Part shown: in pieces, positions 12,831-27,459 of the stretch
Numbering within the stretch: position 1 is the stretch's first letter
How the letters are laid out: each line of letters starts with the position of its first letter
NCBI GenBank assembly: GCA_013265495.1
Contig: MU062600.1
Coordinates: forward strand, 3,261,380-3,325,379
Source: Vicugna vicugna
Taxonomy: Eukaryota
Length of the DNA: 64,000 nucleotides
Direction: 5' to 3'
The notes under the pieces: generated by a model
What the model was told of the DNA's origin: nothing
The model's database searches: none
The model's input: only the letters and a program-made list of their open reading frames with translations
Translations under genes and position numbers: made by a program

Positions 12831-14619
12831 CCCTTCTCACTAAGGTAAAAAAAAAATCACTTCAATACATTAAGATGGCAAGAAGGGGTTCGCTCAGTAG
12901 AATTAATCAAATATCACCTTGTGCTAAAGCTCATGATAGGCAGCGTGCCATGAGAATATACAGATGACAGGCCTGAATTCTGCTAGGGTGCACACGAGGG
13001 AGAAGGATATAGTGAGGGTGTGGACAGGGAACAGGACCCGAACAGCCTTGGGAGTGATTAACTGACCTGGGCACAGGGTTGGGTAGGGGACAGGGGACAG
13101 CAAGAGGCTGTATCCCAAAGAGTAAAGATGAAAAACTCTGAGACTTGGCAAGAGCAGACACATACATTTCCAAAACAAGTCACCTTCTTACCTACAGCTA
13201 TCCAGTTATGCACCTGGCCCTTGTTAGATGGGGCGACTCACCTATCTGATTTAGGTGAAATGCCATGGAAACTACAAGCAAAACCTGCAATGGTTCAAAA
13301 CAACTCCAAAACCTAGGTATGGCAAGGGACCCACTGTGCTGCATTTATTTGCTATGAAATTGGAAAAAACGCCCCTCCTGAACGACAATATATTAAGGAC
13401 TTAATGTGACGCAGTTGATATAGTACAAATAATCACAAGCGTTTCCTTTTATTAAAAGTCACACTTCCAAAGCATAATTTCTGCGCAGCACACTATAATG
13501 AATATAGCTGCAATACATCACATTGTGTTAAAAGGCAATGGAGGATGAAAATACAAGTACAGTATTCAAAACAATTCAGATTAGGATAAAGCTGTCGACC
13601 TTTATGTTCTATTCCCTGGTCTTAGCGAAGAAAAAAGAGCGGGCAACGACAGAGTTGGTAGTAAAATGTGAGGCTATATTTCACCCTTGTTGGTGCTAGA
13701 TGTCCCACAATATAAACTGCTGAGTAACAAACAGCCAAGTCATACGAGGTCTATCTGGGGGCTCCTCCCGGCTGTGTGATTGCTCCCAGATTGTCCCCAT
13801 CAAGCTTCCTTTTCCTCCAATAAATCACACATTGAAAAGATCACCGCTTTCTACTCTAAAACCCAAATTAGGCCCTACAATATATGGTTAATCTCCTGGA
13901 AAGCAGCATTAATAGTGGCATACACAATTATACGGGAATCAAAAATAAACAACTTTAACAGATTTACGAACAACCTTTAAGAATAAGCTCATCCATCAAA
14001 TTTAAATGCTTGGATAACAAAATAATGGCACCTATTAGACAAGCCTAAAGAGAATGGATATATTTGACTGTTGCCAAGAGTAACAAAACACGATGGAAAT
14101 CACAAGATACTCTACAGTTAAGGGGAAAAAAACCAAAACAAAACTATGTCCCATTAAAACAAATGGGACAGGTGCAAAGAAAAAACTTGAAGGCTCAATT
14201 AAAACCATGTCTACTAAAACACACAAATTTAATGCATGTTTATTTTTCCACTAGGGTTATTTTTTCTTAACATGTACCTCATCTTTTTTTTTTTAGGTAT
14301 CACAACTGGGCCTTTGCTAAATAAATCCCTGTCCCTTTCCGAACAGTGATAAAGGAAAAATAGTCTCACTTCACTTTCAGTCTCTCTTGTTACTAAAATT
14401 TTGAAGCTCACAGCCTGCTTTAGTTTTTCCACCTGCTTATCATCTCATTACCCTCCAATATAGTATTATTTATAGTGTTGAGAGACTGGTACAATATATA
14501 TAAAGCCAACGGTAAAGAAACAGGTAAACCATGGTACATTTCTCAAATATATTTTATATAGTCATTAAAATATTTTACTAGAATTTTTCATAATAAGGGA
14601 ACGTTCAAAACAATAAAAT

Positions 14620-15300
14620 GTTAAAAAGACAAAAGCCAGATATAAAATTGTCTCCACTGTTATTTAAAGGTATTAACATTTATATGTAATTTGAATATAT
14701 CATAAACAAATCAAAAGACAAATGATAAATTGGGAAAATATTTGCAATACATTACAGACATGAATTTTTTACTTATAACATAAAATGAATTTTTACAAAG
14801 CAATTGTAAACAAGACAAAAATTCCAATTTGAAAATGGGCAGTTCCCAAAATAAATAAAATGGTCCAAAAAATGTTTGACTGTACTATTAATGGAAAACT
14901 ATTAATGAAAATGACCTACCATTTTTACCTAATGGATGGGATAGTCTCAAAGAGCTATTAAGCACAAAAATACATGTACAAAGAGCTTCATGGAAGCATT
15001 ATTTCAGAGAATGGAAAACTAGAAACAGCCTACATACTCATAAATAAGGGATTGGCTGCATCATTTCTCAAACATCTGTCTACTCATTTAAAAGAATTAT
15101 CTGCATGCATTAAAAAGAATTTAAAAAAAATATTTCCTGCTATGGAAAGATCTCCCTGAAATTCAGTTGGATAAAACAAAAGCCAGATGCAGGGTATGAC
15201 AGAGAGATGACCCCTTATGTAAACTACAGTGATTGCATGTGTAGGCATGAAAAAGAGATGACTGGAAGTTCACTGATCTATTAACAATGGCTGCCTCTGG
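14620..15300 (+). mobile_element. Ancient L1ME-type 3' fragment
   Basis: aaatcaaaagacaaatgataaattgggaaaatatttgcaa...gcattatttcagagaatggaaaactagaaacagcc. Confidence 0.65.
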
Positions 15301-17132
15301 GTGACGGGGTTAGATATACCTTTTTTCCCCCCACAATACTTGAATTTTCCAACTAATCATGCTACTTTAGTTTTAGGAAAATATTTACATGCAAAGATAA
15401 AAATGATTATCACTTGATAGCAGGATTACATGATTTTTTTCTCTTTTAGAGCTTTCAGTATTTTCTCAGTTTTCTACGACTACTTTACTTCATTTCCAAA
15501 ACAAGAAAAACAATAAAGTAAATAACAAGAGAGAAAAGAGCCCTGGAATCATTTGCTGACTCCTACTCCCCTGATCCAGTTAGACAGACCCTTTTGCTCA
15601 CTTTTCCCACAAATGTGTCACTGGACTGGGAGGCAGATCTTCTGCTGACATAGCGGGATTTCAGTAACCAGGGAGCCTGAAAAAGCTGCTCGCCGGTTGG
15701 AAGCCCTGGTGTCAGTGTTGCTGGCTGACGGTTTAAAATGTGTCAGCCTAGATCCCAGCTATCTCTTTAGACAGTTTATCACTGGTTATCTTTTTAAATA
15801 TTGTTTCTCTAAAGTTGGCAAAAGCAAAACCTGCAGAGTTTTTAAAATGGCAATCTGTATTTCCCACAGTTTCAATGAATGGAAGGAATGTTTACATTCA
15901 TCAATGTAACTTCTGAAAAAAATTAGGACCTAGGTTTTTATCTCTATATTTGTTTTCAAAACATTTAACTAATGATGGAATGTGTCACATAGAACACACA
16001 GACTATTGTTTTTCTTCTTTGGGTATCAAAATTTGGCTTGGATGACTCCCTAATGATAGAGGCTTTAAAACTCCTGAATGTATTTCCATGAGAGGCTCTG
16101 TCATTTGAAATTTCAAAGAAAGGACAGACCACTCTTATGAGTTAATTTGAGTACAATATTGACTGAAGGCAGAAAAATATACTCTGCTCTGTTCTGTTCA
16201 CCCCTACGATCTTCAAGAATAAGTTACTCTGATAGCAAAGATAAATGTGTCTCTGGCTTTGAGTTGGCAAATTCAAATAGATTGCTGGTCTTTAAGGAAA
16301 CCAGGCCAGCCAGAATTACTTACTCTTTTTAGTTTCAAAAAAGTGAACAAAATCTAGTTACTGCTCATGGGTCTATACTGGTCAGGAATGTTTGGACCCA
16401 GAAGGGTACATATTTCTTAATCCTTCAAGGTCTCTTGGAAACCCTTGTCCCCTTAGTTGGTATTGCCCTTGATCTGGAACCCTGGATATTTAAGCTAATA
16501 AGACTGTTGATGCTCCATCATAGGAGTAGAGCAGAGAGGACTTCTGGTATGTAGGTGGCAGTAGGTGAGGAAGCTAAAGAAACATGTTTGAAATTGTCCA
16601 CTGGTAAAGTTGATACTACAGAGAAAAGAAGACATGCAAAGATTCTGGTTATAAACATTTTAGGAGGAGGGGAGTGTGTCAAATACTTCCATGTCCTCCA
16701 CAAAGTCCAATAAGCGGGTACACACAAACTGTGATCTCAGTGACGTATGTGGACACACTCAATCAGGCAACAAACATTTGTGCGTCTCTTTATCAAAGTA
16801 ACTGTGGTTGGAATATCGAGACGCACGAGATGGACCCGCCATCAGGAAACGTGATTTGAATGAACCCTCCTAAAGAGAAACATCATCTCTGGACACTTAG
16901 GTAGTGGAGCCTCCATTCAGTTTCACTCCTCACAGTTGGCACTGGAGTGGAAGGGCTTAGTGGAGTGCAAAAGCAATGCCACTGAACAGACCTTGGTTTG
17001 TGAGCTTTGAAGATATAAGTAATATTACTTTTATCTGGAAGAAAAAGTCTTTAATTCAGGCCTCAACTCATTCACACACTTACATACTTAGACATACATT
17101 TAACACTAATCCACACTAATACTCTTATGCGC

Positions 17133-17142
<10 letters not shown>

Positions 17143-17190
<48 letters not shown>
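17143..17190. repeat. Compound microsatellite (TC)n(AC)n
   Basis: Direct read: about 13 TC units followed by 11 AC units. Confidence 0.95.
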
Positions 17191-17191
<1 letters not shown>

Positions 17192-17689
17192 AACAAATTA
17201 AGAGAATTCAGCAGAAATCCGTCTCTCCCACTCTTTGGTATCACAGCAGGGCTGAGTTTCCCCTACTCGGCTCTAATGCTCATTTTAGTACCATCATGCT
17301 GTGTTTATTTGACCACGTTTTCAATAGGACTTTCATTTGATGCATTTGCAAAAGCCCAGGAGTACAGCATGCAGTTTCTTTTCACTGGAATGGCACATTC
17401 TTTTTTGAAGTGTTATTTCTGTGAATATCTGTATGGTGTTTCCTAGATGTGTGAGGGGGGCCGTCATACCTTGGGATCATGCTTTTCCAAACACACTTAA
17501 TTGTGTCAATTGTTCTGCTGCAAATGAAATCTAACCTCAGTGGGGCTAGTGATGGAACTCATAATCCTTTCATTTATCTCTAGCTGACAAACAAGTACCT
17601 TCTACATGAGCTGCCCTGTGGCTATAAGTCTCCAGTCTCTATCCCTGACCCTCCACTCACTCTTTCTTTTTTCATTAGGTAATATCGTT

Positions 17690-20400
17690 TAATTATTTAA
17701 AATTAACTTTCTGTTTTGAAATATTTGTAGATTCATATATAGTTATATGGAATAATAGAGAGAGATCTTGAGTGCCTTTTGTGCAGTATCTTCCAAATTG
17801 TAACATCTTGCAAAATTAAAGTGCGATATCACAACCAGGGTATTGACGATGCCACCAATGGTCAAAACATTTTCATCACCACAAGGATTCTTCATGTTGC
17901 TCTTTTAGAGCCACACTGACCTCTCCTTCCCACTCTCAGTTGCTTCTCCCTGACCTCCTGGAAGCCGCTAATCTGTTCTCCATTTCTTTAATTTTGTCTT
18001 TTCAAGAGTATCATATAAATGGAATCACCCAGTAGGTTACTTAAGACTGGCTTTTTTCACTCAGCATAATTTCCTGCAGATTCATGTGAGTTGTCATATC
18101 AATCATTTGTTCCCTTTGTTGCTGAGTAGTATCACATGGCATGGATATGCCACAATTTGTTCATCCATTCACCCACTGAAGGACATCTGGCTTATTTCCA
18201 ATTTTTAATTATTATGAATAAAGCTGCTATAAACATTTTTGTACAGGTTTTTGTGTGACCATAAGTTCTCATTTCTCTGGGATAAATTACCAGACTGTTA
18301 TTGCTAGATGATGTAACTATTTTATGAGAAACGACTGAACTGTTTGCTATGTCAGGCACAGCAAAGTAGCTGTTTCGTTTCACATCCCTACCAGCAATGT
18401 GTGAGTGATTCAGTTACTGGTGAAGCTTAGGTGCTGTCACTAATTTCTATTGAGCTATTCTGGTAGGTAGGCAGTGATACCTCATTGCAATTTTAATTTA
18501 CATTTAACTGATGACTAAAAATGCTGAACATCTTTTCACGTGCTTATTTGTCCTGTATCTACCAGCTTCAGTGAAATGTCTGTTCATTTCTTTGTCCATT
18601 TCCTAACTGGGATAGTTCATTTTTTACTTCTGACTTTTGATAGTTCTTTATATAGTCTAGATACTAATCCTTTGTTGGATATGTGGTTTGCAACTATTTT
18701 CTTCCAAATTATATCTCATCTTTTCTCTCTCTTAACAGTCTTTGTTGAGCAAAAGTTTTCAATTTCAATGAGGTACAGTGTATCAATTTTTCCTTGTATG
18801 GATCTTGCTTTTGGTGTCAAGACAAAGAACTCTGCCTTGCCTTAGATGCTGAAGATTTTCTCCTAATATTCTTTTCTGAAAGTTTTATATTTTTATATTT
18901 TACTTTAAGTCTATAATGCATTTTGAGTTACTGATTTATAAGGTGTGAGGTCTAAGTAAAGTTTCACTTTTTTTTGCCTATGGGTGTCCAATTCCTCCAG
19001 TACCATTTGTTGAGAAAGCTATCCTTTGTTCATTGAGTAGCTTTTGCACCTTTGTTGAAAATCAATATTTGTACGGGCATATTTGTACGGGTCTATATCT
19101 GGGTTCTCTGTTCTATTCCAATGATCTATGTGCCTATTCCTCCAGCAATGCCACACCATCCTGAGTACTATAGCTATATAGTGGGCTTCATTATAAGGTA
19201 GAGTGATTACTCTTACTTTAATCTTTCTTTGCAAGATCATTTGAGCTGTTCTAAGGCCTGTGTCTTTCCATATAAATTTTAGAATAAGCTTATCTATGGC
19301 TGCAAACAATTTTGCTTGGATTTTGGCAGGAATTACAAAGGCTCACCTACATTTAGTCTTCCAATCCATGAATATAATGCCTTTCCATTTATTTAAGTCT
19401 TGTTTGATTTCTTCTATCTGTATTTTGTGGTTGTCAACATATGGATTCTTACATGTTTTTGTTAAGTCTGAAGTATTTAATTTTCTTTGGAGCAGTTATA
19501 AATCATTCTGAGTTTTTGATTTTGATTTCCACATGGCCATTGTGAGCATATAGAAATCCAACAGATTTCTGCATGTTGATCATTTATCCTGTGACCATAG
19601 TGGACTCATTCGTTCTAGCATGATTTTTTTTTTCCTTTTAGATTCTTTGGAATTTCCTATGAAGATAATCATGCCATCTGCAAAGAGACAGTTTTATTTC
19701 TTCTTTTCCAATACATATGCTTTTAAAATTTCTTTTCTTGCCTTACTTCAGTGGCTGGAACTTTCAATCCTATGCTTCATCAGAATGATGCCAAACATCC
19801 TTTCCTTGTTCCCCACTCTAAAAGGAAAACATTGCTTCTCGTTGTTAAGCATGATGTTAGCTGTATGTATTTTAGGTGTTCTTTATTAAGTTGAGTATGT
19901 TCCCCCTTATTTTTAGATTGCTGAGAGTCTTGATCATAAACGGGTGCAGGATTTTGTCAAATGCTCTTCTGTATCAATTGATAATGATTATATGTTTTCT
20001 TCCTTTAGCTTTTTGATTGATTTTCAAGTGGTGAATTATATTTATATCCAGAGATTTCCTTTTCTGGAACTTTTAAATTACAAATCTAAGTTCATTCATG
20101 GTTTTAGGACTGTTTAGGTTGAGGTGTGGTAGTTTATTGTTTTTAAGAGCTTGGCTTATTTCTTCTAAGTTGTCAAATGTATCAATGTAAAGTTACTCAT
20201 ACTGTTCCACTATTGCCATTTTAATGGATGTGGATTTGTAGTGATATCCTTGTTTTATTCCTGACACTGGCGATTTGTGTCTTCTCTCTTTATATCTCTT
20301 CCAGTGTTGCTAGAGGTTTGTCAATTTTATTGATTTTTTTGAAGAACTAGCTTTTTGTTTCATTGATTTTCTTTTCGTTTCATTGTTTTCTTGTTTTCAG
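17690..20400 (-). mobile_element. L1MB8/L1MC-like LINE, about 2.7 kb (3' UTR plus ORF2 part)
   Basis: tttgtagattcatatatagtt...gtaacatcttgcaaaa...atcacaaccagggtattgac 3' end. Decayed ORF2 peptide in the 19019-19309 minus ORF (IDKLILKFIWK...HIDHWNRTENP). Confidence 0.9.
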
Positions 20401-20519
20401 TTTCTCACTCTTCTTTATACTGAAAATCATGTCTCCAAGACAGGAAAAGAAGAACTTTTTTTCTATCTCATTGTCTTTCTCATTCTTGGTGTTCCTTCTC
20501 CCATCTTTTCTTCATTCCT

Positions 20520-20950
20520 TGTGTTAGAGGAAGGCTTGTCCGTCCTCCTTTCAAAGGCTAAGCACCCACTCCCAGTTTCGGCTCAGTTTTCTCCTCTGGA
20601 GTCATGCCTGCTCAGTAACTTAGCTTTCTCTTTCATCTTTAAGCTTCTTCTCAGCCCGTATGTTTGCTCCTGCCTCTATCACACCCTAAAAAAGTCCCCC
20701 AGGTACAATTCCAACTAAACTATTGCTTCCCCTCACCATCAAAGTTCTCAAGCATGTAGTCTGCATTCTCTGCCTCCAGCACTTGATTTACCATTCACTC
20801 TGGCTCCTCCCTCTTCTTGTGACCTCGCCCTAACCGTGTCTCAGTTTACTTCTGATTCTGCTCGTTGGCTTCTGCTTCTCCTGACACCAGTCTCTCCCTA
20901 AATGATAGTTTCTACAGCCCTGCCCAAGTCTCACTTGGCATTCTTCTTTT
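20520..20950 (+). mobile_element. L2 LINE remnant
   Basis: cttcccctcaccatcaaagttctcaagcatgtagtctgcattctctgcctcc; boundaries approximate. Confidence 0.5.
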
Positions 20951-21036
20951 TGCCTTATGTCTTCTGTTTTGTTGTGGCTTCTGCTTACTGTCTGCCTGAT
21001 ATCTGTGTGTCTGTGGGCTTTGGCATCATTCTATCA

Positions 21037-21080
21037 TTATATGTGCGTGTGTGTGTATATATATATACACACACACACAC

Positions 21081-21117
<37 letters not shown>

Positions 21118-21126
21118 CACACACAC
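21037..21126. repeat. Compound (GT)n(AT)n(AC)n(AT)n(AC)n microsatellite
   Basis: Direct read. Confidence 0.95.
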
Positions 21127-22438
21127 TTCAAGAGAGTATCAGATTGGTTGGCCAGTCATTCTCCAGTACAAATTGCCTGATTGGCCACATCTATTTTGTA
21201 AGATAAGCCCATAGGCCGACTCTGGGTGGACCGCTGTTCCCTGATCCAATCATCTTGACCGGCACAGTGAGGTAGTGTGGGTACGAAGCTTGCTAACTAT
21301 ACAGAAGAAAGTTGTCAGAAATGAGCTGTGGGTAGAGGGTCTATGAAGCACTCAGAGTAAACCACAATTTAAATTTCCAGATTTCTGTTAGTTTGCAGTT
21401 CTGGCCATTTTTAGTAAAAGGATGTAAGTTGACTATTCTATGATAGACATTATATCTGAACTGTCAGATTTTTTTTAAAAAAAGTCTAAATATCAGTACT
21501 TTTAGTTTCAATTTCTTCACAGTTTCTATGTCACATGAGTCTGAAATTCACCAAAGATTATCAGTCATATGGCTGTTTTCCTTTAAGATGTCAAAGAATA
21601 ACGAGATTGATTCACAGAAAGTCACTGAATTTACAGCAGCTGAAACTTTTAAATTTCTAAGTTTTGTTATCTCTTTGTAGAAGGCAAGATTAAAAAATTC
21701 ACTCGTACTTCGAAAGGCCAGATATATAGAGCTGACTAGAAAAGCTATTCTAAGCTACTTGACTCCTTTCCTGGACATGAACTGCATACACATTCCTTCT
21801 CCCACACCCCTGCCCTGATTTGCATGTGAAATATAGTCATCACCAGAAAGATGAATACAGCATGTCAAAACATGATCTAGGACATTATTTCTCACTGCCT
21901 TATTTTTCCACAAATATTTCCATCTTCAAGCTTCAGCACAGCTTTCCACCTTATTTATTGCCGTATTTATGGTGTTTTCTCTGATTTCTATTAGCAGTCC
22001 TCAGTGAAACTGGTTATAGCACTTTTCTATTATTTCTTGCACGATGCTTAAAAATTCATTCTTTAACACTGTCATTCTCATTCTCACTCTAGCTTAAGCA
22101 TCTCGATTACAAAGTTATTTTAGGGTAAATTGAAGGTGAGTTTGCCAAGATGATAATGAAGAAAGGTATAAAGTTTCTTTTTTTTTTTTAAGTAATTGAG
22201 AACTCTTGGCTTTCAAATGGTGTTAGAAGCCAGGGAAGATTTCAGGCACACCATCCATTTGGCTCTTGTCTGTCTCTCTGTCTATTAGAGAGAAGGTAAT
22301 TTCTATCCAACTCATTGAATTTCTTTTTAAAAAAATTACTTTTAATATGTTACTTGGATAAAAGATTATCTATTAAAAATAAGAAACCAAGGATTCAAAT
22401 TATTTATAACTCCATTAACAGAAGGTAATAGGAATGTA

Positions 22439-22440
<2 letters not shown>

Positions 22441-22475
<35 letters not shown>

Positions 22476-22484
22476 CTGTGTGTG
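22441..22484. repeat. (TG)n microsatellite
   Basis: 15 perfect TG units followed by an imperfect tail. Confidence 0.95.
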
Positions 22485-25400
22485 CAGGGTGGCAGTTTAA
22501 TTTTTCCAAATAATTGAATCACGCTGTACGTATTTGCCAGTGATCCTAGCTCAATAATAAATCATAAACAAACACAGGACATTTTGACCCTGATGTCAAT
22601 ATTTAGCCTATATTTTTCCTAGCTTGATTTTTAGCAATGTTCAATGTTAGCAGCAAGTCAGTTATTGTCTATCACAAATTTTACTCTATGCTTTTTTGGT
22701 CCTTTTAGCTTTATTTTGTGCTGATTATTTATACCACTAACATTCCTTATAAATTGAAGAAATAAGAACCTCTTTGTTTTTATGTATATATGTGTAGAAA
22801 GCAATGGTAAGGCACGTGCTTCAGATCTCAGTGCTAGGCAAGGTTAAATAATGAATTTGAAACTTCCTTTTCCAAATCAAAACTTATATGTTTGAAGGAA
22901 GTAAGGCTCAGAGCCTTGCCCACCGGACTTTCTGCTCATCCTAAAGGGGTTCTTGGGGACATCACATAATTAATCTAGGAGCAATTAGTTAATTCTGGAG
23001 AAGAGCAGCCATTCTACTTAAGATGTTTTCATTTAGTTTGTTTATTATAATTATTTTTCAAGGTACTTTGTTAATACCTATACTAAATTTTTTGGTGGCA
23101 AAAAGCTTGATGGAACATAGGCTAACGTGCTCATTTAACCAAACATAAGGGAAAACTCACTGTTTGGAATATGAAGCCATAGCCCAGGTAACATTAAGGT
23201 ATATCCTAATTGCAAGAATACTTAAAAGGTGAGAAAAAGCCTAAAATTTTGTACTGACAAACACCATCCTGTTTTTTACAGAGCCAATGACATACCAGCT
23301 AGAGTTTAACCAGAGCATTGAAAGAGAAACCCAGTAAAATTATTCAAGCCTTGTGGTTTCTCCTTACTGAGCAGTGAAGATGCTTTAAAATCCTATCCGT
23401 TAATAATTTCATTCATTTTCTAGTGGATACCAAAATCTTGATGTTTAGAGAAACTTTATTTCTTCCATTCACTGAAAAATAAAATTTAGACCAAGATTGA
23501 ATTGGAAAAGAAAATTTCTGGATAATGAAGTGTTTAGTTCCAGTCCCTAAGATCAATATACGACATTTGAATAGGGCATAAAGAGTTGGGTTTTTTCCTT
23601 TTGAAAGGGACAAAAGAGAAAACAAGATCGAGAGCCTCTCTGGCAACGTAGGACTCTTCTTAAGGTGCAGAACGAGGGATGGGTTGTGAGGGACAAAGCA
23701 GCACAGCCATGCGAGGTGGCTGACTCTCCCCTCTCCTCCACGTGTCATCTGTCCCAGCCTCCCCCTGCAACTGGTGTCTCAGACACACTTAGAGCACAGA
23801 TAGAGACAATTTTGTCTCCAGCCAAAATCTGGAATCTCTTCTCGGTCCAAAACCAAAAGATACTTTCCTCCTAAAACTATAAATGCAGCCAGTCAATTGG
23901 AAATATATTCTACATGAATGCTTCAGGGAATTTTTTTAATGCAGATAATTAGATCAATCTTGCCTTAATTTTGGTAGAAAATATGTTTTCTCTTCACGTT
24001 CTAAATTCTCAGATACACGAAATGATTATTATTATCACCAAGGAATTTTTAGAAACGTGTTAAAAATCTTAACAAAGATCTATGCCAGCTGCCAGTCTTC
24101 CGAGTGAGTGTGCTTACTTTCCTGGCTCTCCTCTTCTCCCAGCAAGTGCAGGTCTTTAATTAAAGATGAACACAGCTCAGTAGTCTGTGCTTTCTCGGTG
24201 CACAGGGAATCCGAGAGCTAATGGGGGTAGCTTTATTAAAGCCTAGTTTTAATCATCTAGGATTCCACTGGGTGCTGAATTTGAATCATGCTTTTGTGTT
24301 TTTTGGTCTTGACTACTTATTTAAATATACTATTTACCTAATGAGTAATCAGAGGAACAAATTTTAGTCACAGGGATTCTGAAAGGCATATAAATCACCA
24401 CTGTCTGCATTTTTATCTACACCCCCATAAAAACTTTAATTTTACAGATATAGTTGTCAGTGTTGAGCAAACAAATGCAGTCCAAGGTGCTAATAAATGC
24501 GTCTTCAAATTCACAATGATTACAACCTATGGGAAAGGTTATCTTCTGAAATATCTGACCCTTAGTGTTTTATGTTTTAAAGGTAATACTGAAACTTTCT
24601 TTATAAGTGTTTCATCTGGTATCAAATTAGTTACTTAAAACTAGTAAATCCAAATCTCTTCATTATAATATAGGCAAAACCCAAACCTTTTATCTACGAC
24701 TAAATAAAAATGTTTGGTTGACTTCTCTGGGCAATCAATTTAAGCAACTAAAATGTTCTCCCCTGAAATTACTATATTTACTTAGCTTTTTTCCCTCCAA
24801 AAGATTAAAAAAAATTATCCATCTTCAACTGCAATCTTGACATTGCATATCACCACCCGCATGTTCTAATTCCATGATTGCACATATTTACACAAATTAT
24901 ATGATAAGATGCAATTACAATAATTACAGAGGAATAGGCAACAATTGAAAAAAGCCAAATTCCCGCTAAAATAACAGTAAATGATATGAAAATCATCAGA
25001 CAAACCAATACAGAGAAAGAAATGTAAGATGAATAAAGGAATACAGGAGCAAATAAGCCAGGAAAATGCTTCAGTCTTAGCAAATGGAAATGTGTTAATG
25101 CCAAGAAATTTGAGGCTTTGGGTTTAAGGGTAAAGTTCTTTCTCCTCTAAAGTTGGTTCCCAGTCCTATACCATGAATGTTTAACATCTTGACTTTCCTA
25201 AACATGTTATAACTACAGAAACTTTTTCCTTGCTGATGTTTTGTTCATTCAAAGAGGAGGAATAAGTATCAAAGTGATAAAAACAGGAACACACTGTAGA
25301 CAACAATATGGAATTTTAGTTAGTGAAGAGCAAGTCTTGCTATGATCCTCTTGTCTGTTTTTTTATAAGCTGTCTCCAAGCAGACATCTCATTTTCAAGA

Positions 25401-25774
25401 ATATTGAGAATATTGTTTGTCCAATTCATTTTCCTTTTTGAAAAGTATGTTTGTAAGACAAATTATGCACCTGATACATGTGAACGCTCTATAAATTGTC
25501 CTCTAGTATATTTTATTTGTATCCCAATTTCTCACTTTGTTTTCTATTTCAGACAAATATCCTTAATATAAACATTGGGAAGGTTGCCTCTTTGGTTTCT
25601 TTTGCAGATTTTGCTAGATCTGAAATCAGGTCTTGCCAGCTGATGACAGTACAAAATTAACATTCTGACATACCAGAATTCCTCACGAAGAAGCTTAGAT
25701 TTATCCTTCAATCTAGTTGATTCATGATTTCTATATGTCCCAGGTACTTATTCACACTCTATTTTATGTAATAT

Positions 25775-25940
25775 TTCACAAGAAGCCTGCAAGGTGATCT
25801 TTTACTTGAATTGAATTCCCACTTTATACATGAAGATACTGAGGCTTTGAGAGCTGAGGTACAGAGGTAGGTGTCAGAGGTAGAAAGCAGTTAAGCCAGG
25901 ATTTGACGTCTGGGCTCCCTGAAGCATTTATACACTTACT
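25775..25940 (-). mobile_element. MIR SINE
   Basis: cccactttatacatgaagatactgaggct...aagccaggatttgac. Confidence 0.6.
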
Positions 25941-26304
25941 GACTGCGGACACTGCATAGATGTGAGGTTGTGGGGATGTAAAGATGCATTTGACATGGTC
26001 ACTGCCCTTGAGGCACGTCATGTCTTACAGGTTACAGAGACACAAATTTCAGTAATTTCATATAAAATGGAAAATGCTGAGAGAGGCCTGAAATGGGTTT
26101 CTAAACACATTATTAGATGCCTCATGCATTTTACTGTACAGGAGTCTGGTTTTAATAAACAGTCATGATGATTTAAAGTAGGGTTAAATCAGATTCTTTA
26201 AGACGTGAAACATATAATTTCAGAAAATAAAATGTCAATTTCTTAGAGAATCAAAGCTGTCTGTAGAATTGTAAATTCACTGATTCACTGATTAAATGAT
26301 TCAT

Positions 26305-26420
26305 AGAGTGAATTCATTCATTAAGGAATGATCATGAAGTACCTCTGAGCCAGGTATGCAGCAGGCTTTGCAGATGCAAGGTGAATAAGGAAGACTGGCA
26401 TCCTGCTGTCATGAAGATTA
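26305..26420 (-). mobile_element. L2 3' fragment
   Basis: ttcattcattaagg...gtacctctgagccaggtatgcagcagg...gatgcaaggtgaataag. Confidence 0.55.
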
Positions 26421-27459
26421 CAGACATTCCAAACTCCCCAACAGAGCGTGTTCAGGGGCCCCGGAGCACACAGGAAGTGCTCTAACCCAGATGTTCTGGA
26501 GGGAGGGAGGGATGGCTAAGCAGAGATTATGAAGTAGCCAAGCAAAGAGGAGAGGTATGATCCCGGAAGTCTGGAGGCAATTTGTTGTGTAAAAGTCTTG
26601 AGAAGAAAGACAGCATGGCAAAAATAAGAACCTGAGAGAAATTTCATCTGCTTGGAGCCTTCGGTGAGAAGGGGAAATGGTGAGAGGTAATAAGTAGTAT
26701 CATCAGAAAGGAAGTCCAGTGCATTAAAAGCGGGTTTTAGGCTAATCACGCATGGGGAAATATCGCCCCCTAGGCTCTGCGGGCCGTCTTGCATGTTGGA
26801 AATAGCTCATGTGTTGCCGTAGTAGAAATATAATGCACTAAATTAATGGTTTTAGTATTCCTGGGTAATCGGATATATGAAAAGAATAACAAAATATAAA
26901 GGAGAGGACTGGGACTATCTTGGGACTAAAACTAAGGTGAACCAAGGATATCCACTCATCTGGAGTCCACTAAGTGAAGCAGTTGAAGCCTGAGCTCAAA
27001 CATCCCTCCCCATGCTTAATAAGGAGCAAAACCTCATATAAATGAAGCACACAGTGACCAAGACTAGGGTAACGTGGAGTGGAACCTCAGGGCGAGTTGG
27101 AGGACTTTGAGTTCAGGACAAAGAGTGAGATCACATGGGGAAGCACTTGGGTGGCCAACGAAAGGGGCTGCCCAGAGCCTGGTGATGTAAGAAACTGCAG
27201 AGAAGGACTTTCTCTCACCAGTGTAGTTGCAGGTAGTGAAAATCAGTGAAATGTCTTGTCACCATCACCCGTCAGAAAGGCCTCATCTTAGACTTAGTGG
27301 CTTCTATGAGTTGGCCTGGGCTACTAGCAAATCTGACAGCCCGCTGCCTCTGTCATCCTTCCTGTCCCTTGCTGACACCAAAGATAGTTGGGCATGTTCA
27401 GAGACAAGAGTAACTCACAGAGGGCTAGGGTAGTAAGCAGGGTCAAGGTCATAACTAAA

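Noticed and set aside
19019-19309. ORFs resembling reverse-transcriptase C-terminal peptides (also 31229-31417, 32129-32335, 39474-39806, 62775-63092)
   Set aside because: These are short, frameshifted remnants of L1 ORF2 in old truncated copies, not functional genes.
20902-21214. ORFs with YIYIYI/THTH repeats
   Set aside because: Translation of the dinucleotide microsatellite.
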